Shown here: one piece after another, positions 20,781 through 31,241 of the stretch
How the letters are laid out: every line of letters starts with the position of its first letter
Position numbering within the stretch: the stretch's first letter is position 1
Made by a program: the position numbers and the translations under genes
Assembly: GCA_937954085.1 (NCBI GenBank)
Contig: CALGAK010000025.1
Span: 9,317 to 73,316, forward strand
From: an uncultured Bacteroidota bacterium
GTDB lineage: Bacteria; Bacteroidota; Bacteroidia; Bacteroidales; M50B96
Direction of reading: 5' to 3'
Length of the DNA stretch: 64,000 nt
The notes under the pieces: generated by a model
Database searches by the model: none
What the model was told of the DNA's origin: nothing
Seen by the model: the letters and a program-made list of their open reading frames with translations, nothing else

Positions 20781-22766
20781 ATGCACTTATTCGATAAGAT
20801 TCTGATAGCAAACCGCGGCGAAATAGCTGTAAGAGTAATTAAAACTGCACAAAAATTAGGAATAGCAACCGCTGCCATTTTCTCTCCGGCCGACCGGAAT
20901 AGCCTAGCTGTAAAGCTTGCCGACGAAGCCTGGCCATTAGGCTCGAATACCCTAAGCGAATCCTACCTTAACATCGACAAAATTATTCAAATTGCCCTCT
21001 TGAGTGGTTCTCAAGCCATCCATCCTGGTTATGGCTTCCTCTCCGAAAACCCTCGCTTTGCTCAAGCATGTGCCGATAATAACTTGGTTTTTATTGGACC
21101 TCGAGCTGCCTCGATGGAGTTGATGGGGAATAAAATTGCTTCTCGAGAATTTGTTGAGAAATTGGGAATTCCAATGACCAAAGGAATGACCGGTATGCCG
21201 GAAGAGATTTTTCAGCAAGCAAAAGATGCCAGTTTCCCATTACTTATTAAAGCGGCAGCAGGAGGAGGAGGAAAAGGGATGAAGATTGTTGAAAAAGCAT
21301 CCGATTTATTGGATTCTTTAGAGACTGCTTCACGCGAAGCCCTTAGTTATTTTGGCGATGGCAGTGTATTCGCCGAAAAATACATCGAAAAACCTCGTCA
21401 CATTGAGATTCAGCTTATTGGTGATCAGCACGGAAATGTTATTCATCTCTTTGAGCGAGAATGCTCCATTCAGCGTAGGTATCAAAAAATCATCGAAGAA
21501 GCTCCCGCATCACATTTGCCGGATAATTTGCGACAGGAAATTGCTCAAGCAGCGGTAAAAATTGCTCAAGCAACCAATTATCAGAGCGCTGGAACAATTG
21601 AGTTCCTGGTGGAAAATGAAACGAATTTTTATTTCCTTGAAATGAACACCCGCATACAAGTAGAGCATCCTGTAAGCGAATTAATAACAGGAATCGACAT
21701 CGTTGAGGAACAAATTCGTATAGCTGCCGGCTACCCATTACGATTTCAGCAAAGCGACATTCAGGCAAATGGTCATGCTATTGAATGCCGGATTTATGCC
21801 GAAGATGCATCCAATCAATTCATGCCTGCACCGGGAAACATTGCCTATTATTCTGAACCCGACGGAAATAAGCTCAGAATAGACACCAGTCTCTTTGGCC
21901 CGGCGACTATAGAAAGTTTTTACGACCCGATGATTAGCAAGTTTATCGTTCATAAAGAAAATCGGGAAGAAGCAATCGAAAAGAGCATCCAATACTTGCA
22001 GGAATACATTATTCAAGGAATCAAACACAACATCCCCTATTTGTTGAGTATTTTATCCGATCCAGCTTATCGATCGAACGCTATTTGGACTAAATTCTGC
22101 GAAACGAATTTGGCAAAGAACCTGGAGCAAATAGAAACCGATCGAAATACAATACCCAAAGAGCATGTCGTATTAGCGTTTAGTGCTTACACTCTTTTGT
22201 CCAATCAACTGGCAAAGAAGGATTCAATTTGGCAAAAGATTGGCTACTGGCGTGAATCAATGAACCTGGAAATTGCCATTGATAGCGATTGGTTTCAGGT
22301 AAAAATAAACCAGATAAAGCATCAGCACATTCATCTTACCATCAACGATCAACCCATTCATATTGAGGTATTACAAATTCAACCTCATTTTATCCAACTA
22401 CTAATCAACAATATAGCTATCAAAGCGAGTATAACCGAACTAGAAAATGCCACTTTCGATGTGATGCTTAAAGGTCATAATTTTCTAGCGCAACGATCTG
22501 ATTACTTAGCTGTGGACAAAAAATACGTTTCAAAAGGAAATCAAAATCAGGGTTTTGCTGAAGTGAAATCCCCGATGCCCGGGAAAATCGTCAAAATTAA
22601 GGTATCCGAAAACGATTCTATTAGTCAAGGAGATATTTTATTGATCGTCGAATCGATGAAAATGGAGAACAACATTCTTGCTCCGGGCGATGGGACCATT
22701 ACCGGGGTTTATTGTAGCGAAGGCGACCTAATCGACAGCTCCAAGACGCTTATTCGCATAGAATAA
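20781..22766 (+). CDS. Acyl-CoA carboxylase biotin-carboxylase/BCCP (alpha) subunit
   Basis: KILIANRGEIAVRVI…, an ATP-grasp GGGGKGM motif, and a C-terminal biotinyl domain with the ESMKME (biotin-Lys) motif. 661 aa. Confidence 0.9.
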   Translation: MHLFDKILIANRGEIAVRVIKTAQKLGIATAAIFSPADRNSLAVKLADEAWPLGSNTLSESYLNIDKIIQIALLSGSQAIHPGYGFLSENPRFAQACADNNLVFIGPRAASMELMGNKIASREFVEKLGIPMTKGMTGMPEEIFQQAKDASFPLLIKAAAGGGGKGMKIVEKASDLLDSLETASREALSYFGDGSVFAEKYIEKPRHIEIQLIGDQHGNVIHLFERECSIQRRYQKIIEEAPASHLPDNLRQEIAQAAVKIAQATNYQSAGTIEFLVENETNFYFLEMNTRIQVEHPVSELITGIDIVEEQIRIAAGYPLRFQQSDIQANGHAIECRIYAEDASNQFMPAPGNIAYYSEPDGNKLRIDTSLFGPATIESFYDPMISKFIVHKENREEAIEKSIQYLQEYIIQGIKHNIPYLLSILSDPAYRSNAIWTKFCETNLAKNLEQIETDRNTIPKEHVVLAFSAYTLLSNQLAKKDSIWQKIGYWRESMNLEIAIDSDWFQVKINQIKHQHIHLTINDQPIHIEVLQIQPHFIQLLINNIAIKASITELENATFDVMLKGHNFLAQRSDYLAVDKKYVSKGNQNQGFAEVKSPMPGKIVKIKVSENDSISQGDILLIVESMKMENNILAPGDGTITGVYCSEGDLIDSSKTLIRIE

Positions 22767-22820
22767 AACACTGCAAATCAAGACCTAAACCACACTGACT
22801 TAACAAAACAAACATAAGCT

Positions 22821-24623
22821 ATGAAAACACACATTCGAATTGGAAATTCCAGTGGATTTTGGGGAGATGATTTATCTGCCTTCCGACGTCAGCTGGAAAC
22901 CGGCAACCTGGATTATCTGACTATGGATTTTTTAGCCGAGATAACCATGAGCATTTTGAAGAAGCAACAAATCCGAAACCCCGAGCTTGGTTACGTAACC
23001 GATTTTGTCGATCAAGTTTTGGAGAATGCTACCCTCATTAAGGAGAAGAAAGTTAGAATCCTTTCGAATGCTGGAGGGATGAATCCGGAAGGTTGTGCCC
23101 GGAAGATTCAAAAAGGACTCGAGGAGCAAGGGATTTCCTTAAAAATTTCCATTATCGAAATGGACAGTGTATTTCACTTATTGGACGATTTCCAATCCAA
23201 AGGCATCAGCCTTACAAACATGGAAACAGGCGAATCGTTCGAAACGATTAAAGGTGATGTTCAGGCAGCTAATGCGTATTTAGGCATCCCTCCTATTCTA
23301 AAGGCACTTCAGGAAGGAGCAGACATTATTATTGCTGGTCGTGTAACCGACACCTCCATTACAATGGCTCCAATGGTTCATGAATTTGGATGGAAATTAG
23401 ACGATTGGGATAAACTCGCGGCAGGTTTGGTTGCTGGACACATTATTGAATGCGGTGCCCAATCGACCGGCGGAAATTTTACCGATTGGCACCTGATTGA
23501 GAAGTGGGATAATTTCGGCTATCCCATCGTGGAAGTCTATCCCGATGGAAGTTTCATTGTAGAAAAGGCAGCGGGAACCGGAGGACTGATTAGTTTAAAT
23601 TCGGTGAAGGAGCAATTAGTTTATGAAATGGGGAACCCAGCCGCCTATATCAGTCCCGATGTGGTAGCTGATTTCAGAAGTATTCAGCTCGAGGAAGTTG
23701 GAAAAGACAAAGTAAAAGTTTTTGGTGTAAAAGGAATGCCGTCTACCCGATTCCTCAAGGTTTCCATGGCTTACAAGGATGGTTTTAGTGCCTTTGGTTC
23801 CTTAATCGTTAGCGGCGGAAATGCTTTGAGCAAGGCTAAAAAGTTTGGAGAAATCCTATGGGAACGATTGGATACTGCCTTTGAAAAAACAAACACCGAG
23901 TATGTCGGGTACAATGCCTGTCATCTTAACCTTGCCCCAGCTCAAGAACCCAACGAAGTGCTCCTTCGCTTAAATGTATACGATAAAGACCGTGAGAAAC
24001 TCATTCATTTTTCGAAAAATATTGCTCCCCTAATCCTGAGTGGACCTCCGGGAGTAGCTGTAACCGGCGGTCGCCCAAGAGTTATTGCTGTTATGTCGTA
24101 TTGGCCAACCCTCATTCCAAAAGAAGAAGTGGTTAGCCTGGTTACCTCTTACGACGAACAAAGTGAAGTAACAGCAAAACATTATGTGAAATCGCTAACA
24201 GGATACGAATCGGACGCAATCGATTTAGGTGAAAAAGCTCAAACGGCCATTGAACCATCTAAAAATGAAACGCTTCACACCGGGAATTACCGTGTTAAAT
24301 ATGCCGATATTTGTCTTGCACGTTCGGGCGACAAAGGTGATACGGCAAACATTGGTGTCATTGCACGTTCGGAAAAAATCTATCAGTTTTTAAAAGAAAA
24401 TCTGACAGCTTCTGAAGTAAAGTACTTATTTAAAGATGTATGCGATGGGAAAGTTGAACGATACGCTCTCGACAACATCGGTGGCTTGAACTTTTTACTG
24501 GAAGCTTCGTTAGATGGGGGTGGTACAAAATCCTTAATGATTGATGCACAAGGAAAAACCTTTGCTCAAGCATTACTCAATCAGGAAGTATGTATTCCAG
24601 AAGAATTATATAAAACTTTATAA
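22821..24623 (+). CDS. AtuA-family (DUF1446) acyclic-terpene-utilisation-like protein, long form
   Basis: 600 aa. IRIGNSSGFWGDD…DYLTMDFLAEITMSIL matches the DUF1446/AtuA N-terminus. The C-terminal ~100 aa (…CLARSGDKGDTANIGV…) resembles the small partner domain that is a separate protein in some genomes. Confidence 0.8.
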   Translation: MKTHIRIGNSSGFWGDDLSAFRRQLETGNLDYLTMDFLAEITMSILKKQQIRNPELGYVTDFVDQVLENATLIKEKKVRILSNAGGMNPEGCARKIQKGLEEQGISLKISIIEMDSVFHLLDDFQSKGISLTNMETGESFETIKGDVQAANAYLGIPPILKALQEGADIIIAGRVTDTSITMAPMVHEFGWKLDDWDKLAAGLVAGHIIECGAQSTGGNFTDWHLIEKWDNFGYPIVEVYPDGSFIVEKAAGTGGLISLNSVKEQLVYEMGNPAAYISPDVVADFRSIQLEEVGKDKVKVFGVKGMPSTRFLKVSMAYKDGFSAFGSLIVSGGNALSKAKKFGEILWERLDTAFEKTNTEYVGYNACHLNLAPAQEPNEVLLRLNVYDKDREKLIHFSKNIAPLILSGPPGVAVTGGRPRVIAVMSYWPTLIPKEEVVSLVTSYDEQSEVTAKHYVKSLTGYESDAIDLGEKAQTAIEPSKNETLHTGNYRVKYADICLARSGDKGDTANIGVIARSEKIYQFLKENLTASEVKYLFKDVCDGKVERYALDNIGGLNFLLEASLDGGGTKSLMIDAQGKTFAQALLNQEVCIPEELYKTL

Positions 24624-24635
24624 GGAATAAGATAA

Positions 24636-25787
24636 ATGGATATTTATTGTAACCAGGAACATGAATTAATCCGCAAAACGGTTAGAGATTTTGCTGAGAA
24701 AGTGATTAAACCGGTAGCCCAAGAACTCGACGAAAAAGAGGAATTTTCGGTTGAAATTACCCGACAAATGGGCGAAATTGGTTTGTTTGGGATGGTGGTT
24801 GAGCCCGAATTTGGCGGACAAGGCTTCGACACCCTTTCCTACATCATTGCCGTAGAAGAAATTGCACGCATCGATGGATCGCACGCTGCTACCATTGCAG
24901 CTCATAATTCCCTCGGAATAGGCCCTCTTGAAAAATATGGCAATCAGCAACAAAAAGAAAAATATTTGCCAATGCTTTGTACCGGCGAGAAATTATGGGG
25001 GTTCGGTTTAACTGAACCTAATGCCGGTTCCGATTCCCGCGGAAGCCAAACCAGAGCCAGCCTCGATGAAAGCAGTCGGCAATGGATCATTAATGGTTCC
25101 AAAATATTCATTACCAATGCCGCTTCTCCCATTACAGTGGGATCTACCGTACAAGTAGTTAGTGATGAGAAGGATGGGAAAAAAGAATTCTCTGCCATTA
25201 TTGTGGAACAAAATACACCTGGGTTTTCTGCACGCGAAATGCACCGAAAAATGATGTGGAGAGCCTCCAATACCGGTGAACTCTTTTTCGACGACTGCCG
25301 AGTGCCAGAAGAAAACTTACTAGGAAAGAAGGGTGAAGGCTCTAAAATTATGCTTAGTACGCTCGATAGTGGTAGATTATCCATTGCAGCTATGGGCTTA
25401 GGTCTGGCACAAGGCGCTTATGAAATGGCTTTGGAATATGCTCAGGAACGGAAGCAGTTCGGACAAAGCATCTCTAAGTTTCAGGTAATATCCTTTAAAT
25501 TGGCCGATATGGCCCTAAAAATAGAACTTGCTCGCAATCTGCTGTATAAAGCTTGTTGGCTGAAGGATAACAACCAACCTTTTGCTAAAGAAGCTGCCAT
25601 GTCGAAGCTCTATTGCTCCGAAATTGCCAAAGAAGTAGCCGACGAAGCAGTGCAAATTCATGGCGGTTATGGACTGATGAAAGACTACCCCATCGAGCGG
25701 TTTTATCGGGATCAACGATTATTGCAAATCGGCGAAGGAACCTCCGAAATACAAAGACTCGTCATTTCGCGACATTTAGGAATCTAA
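24636..25787 (+). CDS. Acyl-CoA dehydrogenase (isovaleryl/short-branched-chain type)
   Basis: 383 aa. ACAD motifs …GLTEPNAGSD…, …QFGQSISKFQ…, …QIHGGYG… and …RDQRLLQIGEGTSEIQR. Confidence 0.9.
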   Translation: MDIYCNQEHELIRKTVRDFAEKVIKPVAQELDEKEEFSVEITRQMGEIGLFGMVVEPEFGGQGFDTLSYIIAVEEIARIDGSHAATIAAHNSLGIGPLEKYGNQQQKEKYLPMLCTGEKLWGFGLTEPNAGSDSRGSQTRASLDESSRQWIINGSKIFITNAASPITVGSTVQVVSDEKDGKKEFSAIIVEQNTPGFSAREMHRKMMWRASNTGELFFDDCRVPEENLLGKKGEGSKIMLSTLDSGRLSIAAMGLGLAQGAYEMALEYAQERKQFGQSISKFQVISFKLADMALKIELARNLLYKACWLKDNNQPFAKEAAMSKLYCSEIAKEVADEAVQIHGGYGLMKDYPIERFYRDQRLLQIGEGTSEIQRLVISRHLGI

Positions 25788-25802
25788 CCATCCTATCGTT
25801 TA

Positions 25803-26741
25803 TTAGGACAACTTAAAATTAATTCCCAAACCGATTGATTGGTAGGGAAAATCCTGAATACCATATTGATATTTAATGGAATAATCAATCGTTTTTAGTT
25901 TATACCCTATTCGAAATCGGAAAACTACGGGTTCATCTCCTGAATAGGAATAGGGCTTCGAACTGGTTTCAACTATTACCCTATTCTTTCTCCCCAGGTA
26001 ACCCCAATAACTGTCTATCGAAACGGTAGCATTCCAATTGTTGTATTCTCCTGAAAGTCCTGCTCCAAAGACCACGGCATCGTTCTGATAGTAATTATCC
26101 AAATTTGTTTGCCAGGCATAAAACCCACCTTGAAAAAACCAACGAAGATTCCCTTGAGGAATCAATTCTTTCCAACTTTTGCCCGCATTCAGCGTAAAAT
26201 AATAGCCCGGAGCATCGATATAGCGTCCATCCTCACTACCACGACCCGATGCAGTTCGAAAGAAAACAGACAAGCTTGCATCAGGCAACACCGAATGGTC
26301 TCGAAAGAGCTGAATATGCGTTCCAAAGCTTAAATCGCCCGGAACCACACCTCGTGGAGAAGCCGATCGAAGCTTCCTCTCATCGCGAATAGCAGTTGAT
26401 AATCGATAATATTCCAAAGGAACCATATTCACTTCGACTGCAATCCGTGAGTCCCAATAACTGGCATAATACCTCAAAAACAAATTGGTCGTGAAATCAC
26501 CTGGAGCTGCGTGTTGATAGGTCTCCAAAGTGAAGCTGGAAGAACTAAGCACGATCGCTTGATTGCTCTCAGGAACAGGAAGTGCATTCGGCCCCTGAAA
26601 ACCAGGCGATAAAATCATATACCGATACCAGTGAGTCGTTCCGTCCCAATCGACCAAATTGTTCCATGAGAAATCGTCTTGAGCCTTCAAGGCTGAGGGG
26701 AATAAAAGTAAACTAAGCAACAAGAAGTTTCGCCAATGCAT
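25803..26741 (-). CDS. Hypothetical secreted protein, probable outer-membrane beta-barrel
   Basis: Signal peptide MHWRNFLLLSLLLFPSALKAQ. It is rich in alternating aromatic/polar beta-strand-like segments and Y/W/G. I recognise no family. Confidence 0.5.
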   Translation of the reverse strand: MHWRNFLLLSLLLFPSALKAQDDFSWNNLVDWDGTTHWYRYMILSPGFQGPNALPVPESNQAIVLSSSSFTLETYQHAAPGDFTTNLFLRYYASYWDSRIAVEVNMVPLEYYRLSTAIRDERKLRSASPRGVVPGDLSFGTHIQLFRDHSVLPDASLSVFFRTASGRGSEDGRYIDAPGYYFTLNAGKSWKELIPQGNLRWFFQGGFYAWQTNLDNYYQNDAVVFGAGLSGEYNNWNATVSIDSYWGYLGRKNRVIVETSSKPYSYSGDEPVVFRFRIGYKLKTIDYSIKYQYGIQDFPYQSIGLGINFKLS

Positions 26742-26877
26742 TATTACGAGCTTATTCTTAACGCTTCAAAGATAGATTTTAGACGACACACCTGTTAATA
26801 TTTTTTTGATAAGTGGCCCAAGGGAATGACTACGTAGTCACCAAACAATCTTATTTTCGTCAACCAAATTTTTAATT

Positions 26878-27537
26878 ATGCCAAAAAAGACCTTTCTGAA
26901 CTTACCGAAGCCTAAACAGCAACAATTTTTGAAAGTCGCTTTTGAAGAATTTGCTTTACACGAATACCATCAAGCATCTATAACGAGAATAGTCAATAAG
27001 CTCGGCATTGCAAAGGGCTCGATTTATCAATATTTCGAAAATAAACGCGACTTATATTTTTACCTACTCGAAGTAGCCGGCCGCATGAGGGCAAAAGCTG
27101 GAGAAGCAAATGGAAATCAAACCCCTAATGATTTTTTTCAGTTTTTAGCTGAAAACTTCATTAAAAAAATACATTTCGATTTGGAACATCCCAGTATTTC
27201 AGGGTTCCTATTCAATGTAATGCAAGAAAAAAACAGCGACGAACTCGGAAATATTCAGCTAAAAACGAAGATGCAAACCATGGAGTTTGTCCGTCAACTC
27301 ATGGAGCGTTTCAAATCCTCTGCACGCATCCGAAAAGATGCTGATGAGGAAATGATCTCCTATTACATTGTTCAAATGCAATGGGGGTTCTACGATTATT
27401 TGGAACTTAAATATTCCTTTAATTTTCGTGAGAAAATAAAAGAAAACTCACCCATTTTTGACATTTCGGACGATGAAATAGAACAGGTTGTGATGCGATT
27501 TATCCAATTATTACGCGAAGGAATTAAACGAAACTAG
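26878..27537 (+). CDS. TetR/AcrR-family transcriptional regulator
   Basis: N-terminal HTH …AFEEFALHEYHQASITRIVNKLGIAKGSIYQYFENKRDLYFYL is the typical TetR_N pattern. Confidence 0.85.
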   Translation: MPKKTFLNLPKPKQQQFLKVAFEEFALHEYHQASITRIVNKLGIAKGSIYQYFENKRDLYFYLLEVAGRMRAKAGEANGNQTPNDFFQFLAENFIKKIHFDLEHPSISGFLFNVMQEKNSDELGNIQLKTKMQTMEFVRQLMERFKSSARIRKDADEEMISYYIVQMQWGFYDYLELKYSFNFREKIKENSPIFDISDDEIEQVVMRFIQLLREGIKRN

Positions 27538-27542
27538 TCAAA

Positions 27543-30194
27543 CTATTGCTTGTGAGCGTATCTTCGGTACAAAACCCAAACTCCTAGTAATAAGATGAGT
27601 AAACTACCAATCATTCCAAATAATTGCCCTTGTTTTACTTCCTGAGAATCAAATTCAAAAACTAACTGATGGTTGCCAGCAGGCAGCTCAACGGCCCTAA
27701 GCAGATAATTAACCGGAATGATCGCTAATTCTTCGTCGCCAATACGAGCCTTCCAGCCACTTGGGAAGTAGACTTCGGAAAAGACAACCAATTGCTTTTG
27801 AGGAACCTGTATAGCATACTCTAAACGATTTGGCAAATAATCGGTCAATTCGTAAGACGCCTTCGATGCCCCCGTGTAAGTACCCTGCAGTTGATCACGA
27901 TATTCCTCTCGAACAATAGCTATTGAACGATTAACATCCTGAAGGGCAAGCAATTCTTCATCGGCAGTAGCCACCCACTTTACATCCGATGGAAACCAAG
28001 CATTACCCCATGCTCCGGGGTTTTGTAAGGCAGGTTGATTCGGGTTCAAAATGAGATACTTCATATTCAACATATTCAAAACTGGAATCCGACTGCTTAT
28101 TTCTCTGCTTATTTGTCCATTGCCCGGATTTTCAGAGTAAACGGTCGATAAATACTGATATTCACGGCCAATATAAAAATCGATTAGCTCCTGATACTTT
28201 TTCAATTTAGCACCATGATACCCGCCAATAAATTTGTGATAATAGGAAGTTTGACTGTTATTAAACGGATTCTGTAAACTGAATACCCGATAATTAGTTT
28301 CAAAATTCAATAAAGAAAATGCTAGTTTTTCTTGTTCATTGTTGTATTCAGCTGATTTCAAATTTCCGACTTTCGGTAGTTTCGATGTTTCTTCTCGAAT
28401 CAAGCTCCGAAGGCTGGCATTTTCTTCCATCTCAGCATTTAGAATCGATGCATCTGCTCGAGAGGCTCGGAAAGGGTTGTGATAGTCGTATTTTGTTGTC
28501 CAATACAGGTAATCTTTCCCTTGCTTTTCGTTATTCATATAGCGTTTATCGACCATCCATAAATCGCTCAGCAAAACAACTCCAAGTAAAACGTACAGAA
28601 CCGAGGCTTTAATTTTATTCATCACGAAAAGAAGGAGAATTCCGGCCACCGCTAAAGCAAATAAAAAGGAACGTGCCACATCTTCCTTCATAATGGCCAC
28701 TCTGACCTTGGTTACTTCTTCTTCAAATTGAGCTAACTGATTCAAGGCTCCACTATTTCCGGCATAGCTGCTGTATTGCTCCCGCATAAAATCCTGCTCC
28801 ATCCGATTGGAAAAGCTGAAAAAAGTTTCGGGGATAACATAGAAAGAAGCAAATAAGAGTAAAACAGAACCACTCACTATCAGAAATTTTTTAAGGGGAG
28901 GTCGTTCCTTTACAAACGATTGTACCACCAAGATGCCTAGCAGGGGGAAACTAATCTGAGCTAGAATAAGCATCATCTTAGTATCTCGAAATTTATTATA
29001 TAGAGGCACATAGTCGATAAAGAAATCAACTAGGGCACTATATTTCCAGGAGAGGAGTACTGCCAATGCACTCACTCCGAACAGAACCCACTTAATACGG
29101 TCTTTCAAAAAAACCAAGCCTAGTACAAAAAGTAAAAAGACACTTGCACCGAAGTACATGGCACCGCCAGAGAATCGTTGCTCGCCCCAATAAGTATTCC
29201 GCTGAGCGACCATTTCGCGATAATTCGGGTTTACCTGCGACAATAAATCGGGACGAGATTGAATATAATTTGCTGTTCCTCCTTTGATATTGGGGATCAC
29301 AATCGACCAGGATTCACCTGCACCTAGGCTATATTCTTTGATATAATCCCGATCGAGTGCCGTTTTATGGCTACTTTCTTTCGGACTTAAATCCGCGTTG
29401 ATGGTTAGTTCAGAAGCACCACGCGTAGTAAATTTTCCATACTCATAGGTAGCATAAACCTGCGAGAGAGATGGAGACAAACCCAATAAGCCTGCAACTA
29501 CGATGATGAGCGATCGTTTTAAACCAGCTCCCCACCCGTTATTTTTTTGAAATTGAAATACTTCGTATAAAAAAACACCGAGGAGCAAGTACAAGGCATA
29601 ATAGGTCATTTGCAGGTGATTAGCCGACAAATGCAAGGCAGTAAAGAACGCAACAAAGAAGGCTCCTACGAGTAGGTTTTTTCGAAATGCGTAAATGACC
29701 GAGCCCAAAAGCGGTGGAATGAGAGCGATGGCAATAATTTTGGAATTGTGTCCCGCCACAAAATAGAGCACATTAATACTGGAGAACCCGAATGCAATGG
29801 CACCAACAATTGCTAACCACGCATTTACACCCATCCAGACCAAGAGTAAATAAAAACCGGTCATTCCAATTATCATGTACCCCCAGGGCCGTGGGAAGAT
29901 CTCTAGAAAGGTTGTTTTAAGCCAATTAATTGGATTTACATGAGCGGGGGTCTTCATACGTATTTGATAGCCCGGCATACCCGAAAACATGGCATTTGTC
30001 CAATAGCTCTCTTCGTCGTACTTTTCTTCGTAATCGGCTAATTCTTTTTGCATTCCTAAATAGGTTTCAAAATCAGATTGTTTCACCCGATAAGACTGAA
30101 GTTGAGGCGCATAATAGATTGCCGAAAGCAACATGAAGAGTAGAATGGCCAACAGGTGTGGTAATAAAGTGCGAATATTCAATCTCATTGCCAA
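27543..30194 (-). CDS. YfhO-family polytopic membrane protein (GT-C-like)
   Basis: 883 aa with many TM helices. The N-terminus …LLPHLLAILLFMLLSAIYYAPQL…VKQSDFETYLGMQKELADY…YWTNAMFSGMPGYQI resembles Bacteroidota YfhO-family proteins. Confidence 0.65.
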   Translation of the reverse strand: MAMRLNIRTLLPHLLAILLFMLLSAIYYAPQLQSYRVKQSDFETYLGMQKELADYEEKYDEESYWTNAMFSGMPGYQIRMKTPAHVNPINWLKTTFLEIFPRPWGYMIIGMTGFYLLLVWMGVNAWLAIVGAIAFGFSSINVLYFVAGHNSKIIAIALIPPLLGSVIYAFRKNLLVGAFFVAFFTALHLSANHLQMTYYALYLLLGVFLYEVFQFQKNNGWGAGLKRSLIIVVAGLLGLSPSLSQVYATYEYGKFTTRGASELTINADLSPKESSHKTALDRDYIKEYSLGAGESWSIVIPNIKGGTANYIQSRPDLLSQVNPNYREMVAQRNTYWGEQRFSGGAMYFGASVFLLFVLGLVFLKDRIKWVLFGVSALAVLLSWKYSALVDFFIDYVPLYNKFRDTKMMLILAQISFPLLGILVVQSFVKERPPLKKFLIVSGSVLLLFASFYVIPETFFSFSNRMEQDFMREQYSSYAGNSGALNQLAQFEEEVTKVRVAIMKEDVARSFLFALAVAGILLLFVMNKIKASVLYVLLGVVLLSDLWMVDKRYMNNEKQGKDYLYWTTKYDYHNPFRASRADASILNAEMEENASLRSLIREETSKLPKVGNLKSAEYNNEQEKLAFSLLNFETNYRVFSLQNPFNNSQTSYYHKFIGGYHGAKLKKYQELIDFYIGREYQYLSTVYSENPGNGQISREISSRIPVLNMLNMKYLILNPNQPALQNPGAWGNAWFPSDVKWVATADEELLALQDVNRSIAIVREEYRDQLQGTYTGASKASYELTDYLPNRLEYAIQVPQKQLVVFSEVYFPSGWKARIGDEELAIIPVNYLLRAVELPAGNHQLVFEFDSQEVKQGQLFGMIGSLLILLLGVWVLYRRYAHKQ

Positions 30195-30280
30195 GTAGAA
30201 ATTAGGTTAATGTAAAAAGCTGGTGGGCGAATTTAGAATTTATTGACAGAAGCCTGAAGAAAGAAAGTCGGAATTTGGGC

Positions 30281-30314
30281 AAAAAAAAAGCTATCAAATT
30301 TCTTTGATAGCTTT
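30281..30314 (-). terminator. Rho-independent terminator after the cold-shock gene
   Basis: The minus strand reads AAAGCTATCAAA-GAAA-TTTGATAGCTTT followed by about 9 T. Confidence 0.65.
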
Positions 30315-30339
30315 AGGACCTAAAAATATAGGAAGACGT

Positions 30340-30531
30340 TTATGCTAGTTTTACTTCAACAGCATTTAATCCTTTTTTTCCTTCTTTTAAATCAAATGTG
30401 ACCTCGTCGTCTTGATCAATCTGATCAATTAAGCCGCTAATGTGAGTAAAATACTCATTTCCGGTCTCATCCTCTCTAATAAAACCATATCCTTTGGTTT
30501 TGTTAAAGAATTTCACTTTTCCTTTTTTCAT
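30340..30531 (-). CDS. Cold-shock protein (CspA family)
   Basis: MKKGKVKFFNKTKGYGFIREDETGNEYFTHISGL… contains the RNP1 (KGYGFI) and RNP2-like motifs. 63 aa. Confidence 0.95.
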   Translation of the reverse strand: MKKGKVKFFNKTKGYGFIREDETGNEYFTHISGLIDQIDQDDEVTFDLKEGKKGLNAVEVKLA

Positions 30532-30697
30532 TGTAATTAAATTAATGGGTAATATAATTTGGGGAGAACTCCCCGGTAACTGATGTATAGTATGGGTTAA
30601 TATTTCAAATCGTTAAAATTAATTGGACAAAGGTAAACGAATTTATTAGCTCTCCAACTTTTTTGATAAAATAGCGTAAAAACTTAATAATGAAGTC

Positions 30698-31129
30698 CTA
30701 GTGCATGAAAGTGAAGTACCCGTATGGGAGACGACTAGCGATGAGAATGAAGGCACTGATATAGAACCAGAAAATCTTTCGATTCGGATAATTCGACGAA
30801 CGCAATTTGAAGTAGGCTATACTTACCAGGACGATACTCAAAATCATTACAAAAGGATGCTCAACGGCATAAAGCCTGAGCACCTCATTCTTCATAAACC
30901 CTTCGCTATAGTTTACTTTAGGACTCAGGAAATAACTAGTTAACCCAATTAGCAACTGAACATGTGATAAAATGAATGTCCATTTATAAAACTTAAGACT
31001 TACCATTGATGACTCAGATTTTTTCCATTGTGGAATAGCCAGGATTACGGCGGTTAACATTGCAAGAAGAAGCATGAGAGCTAGAATCCCATGAGCAGGT
31101 ACCAAGATGGTAGCGTAGAAATTTTCCAT
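30698..31129 (-). CDS. Hypothetical 4-TM membrane protein
   Basis: 143 aa with four hydrophobic helices. I recognise no family. It shares a divergent promoter region with the usp gene. Confidence 0.5.
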   Translation of the reverse strand: MENFYATILVPAHGILALMLLLAMLTAVILAIPQWKKSESSMVSLKFYKWTFILSHVQLLIGLTSYFLSPKVNYSEGFMKNEVLRLYAVEHPFVMILSIVLVSIAYFKLRSSNYPNRKIFWFYISAFILIASRLPYGYFTFMH

Positions 31130-31184
31130 AATATTTTATTTAAAGGCAAGTAACATAGCTAACTCGGAAATGTTCGTGATTTCT

Positions 31185-31198
31185 TTGACTTGAGTCGA
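31185..31198. promoter_or_regulatory. FNR/CRP-type palindrome (one mismatch): TTGAC-TTGA-GTCGA
   Basis: A near-perfect inverted repeat in the divergent region between 30698-31129 (-) and the usp gene (+), about 45 nt upstream of the usp ATG. It has the same half-site as the box at 33218. Confidence 0.35.
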
Positions 31199-31241
31199 TT
31201 TAAGTGGTAAATTTAGGTGTTTGACCTAAAATTTGACAATC

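Noticed and set aside
24644-25384. Several antisense ORFs (62-146 aa) opposite the acyl-CoA dehydrogenase gene.
   Set aside because: The plus-strand frame has unmistakable ACAD motifs along its full length. The antisense frames are Ser/Pro/Phe-rich shadow ORFs.
30560-30600. A GGGGAG-AA-CTCCCC palindrome in the cold-shock gene leader, with a similar GGGAAAACTCCCCG element near 9013-9030. I considered these as a dispersed repeat family.
   Set aside because: There are only two short, imperfectly matching copies. This is consistent with chance or an ordinary 5'-UTR hairpin.
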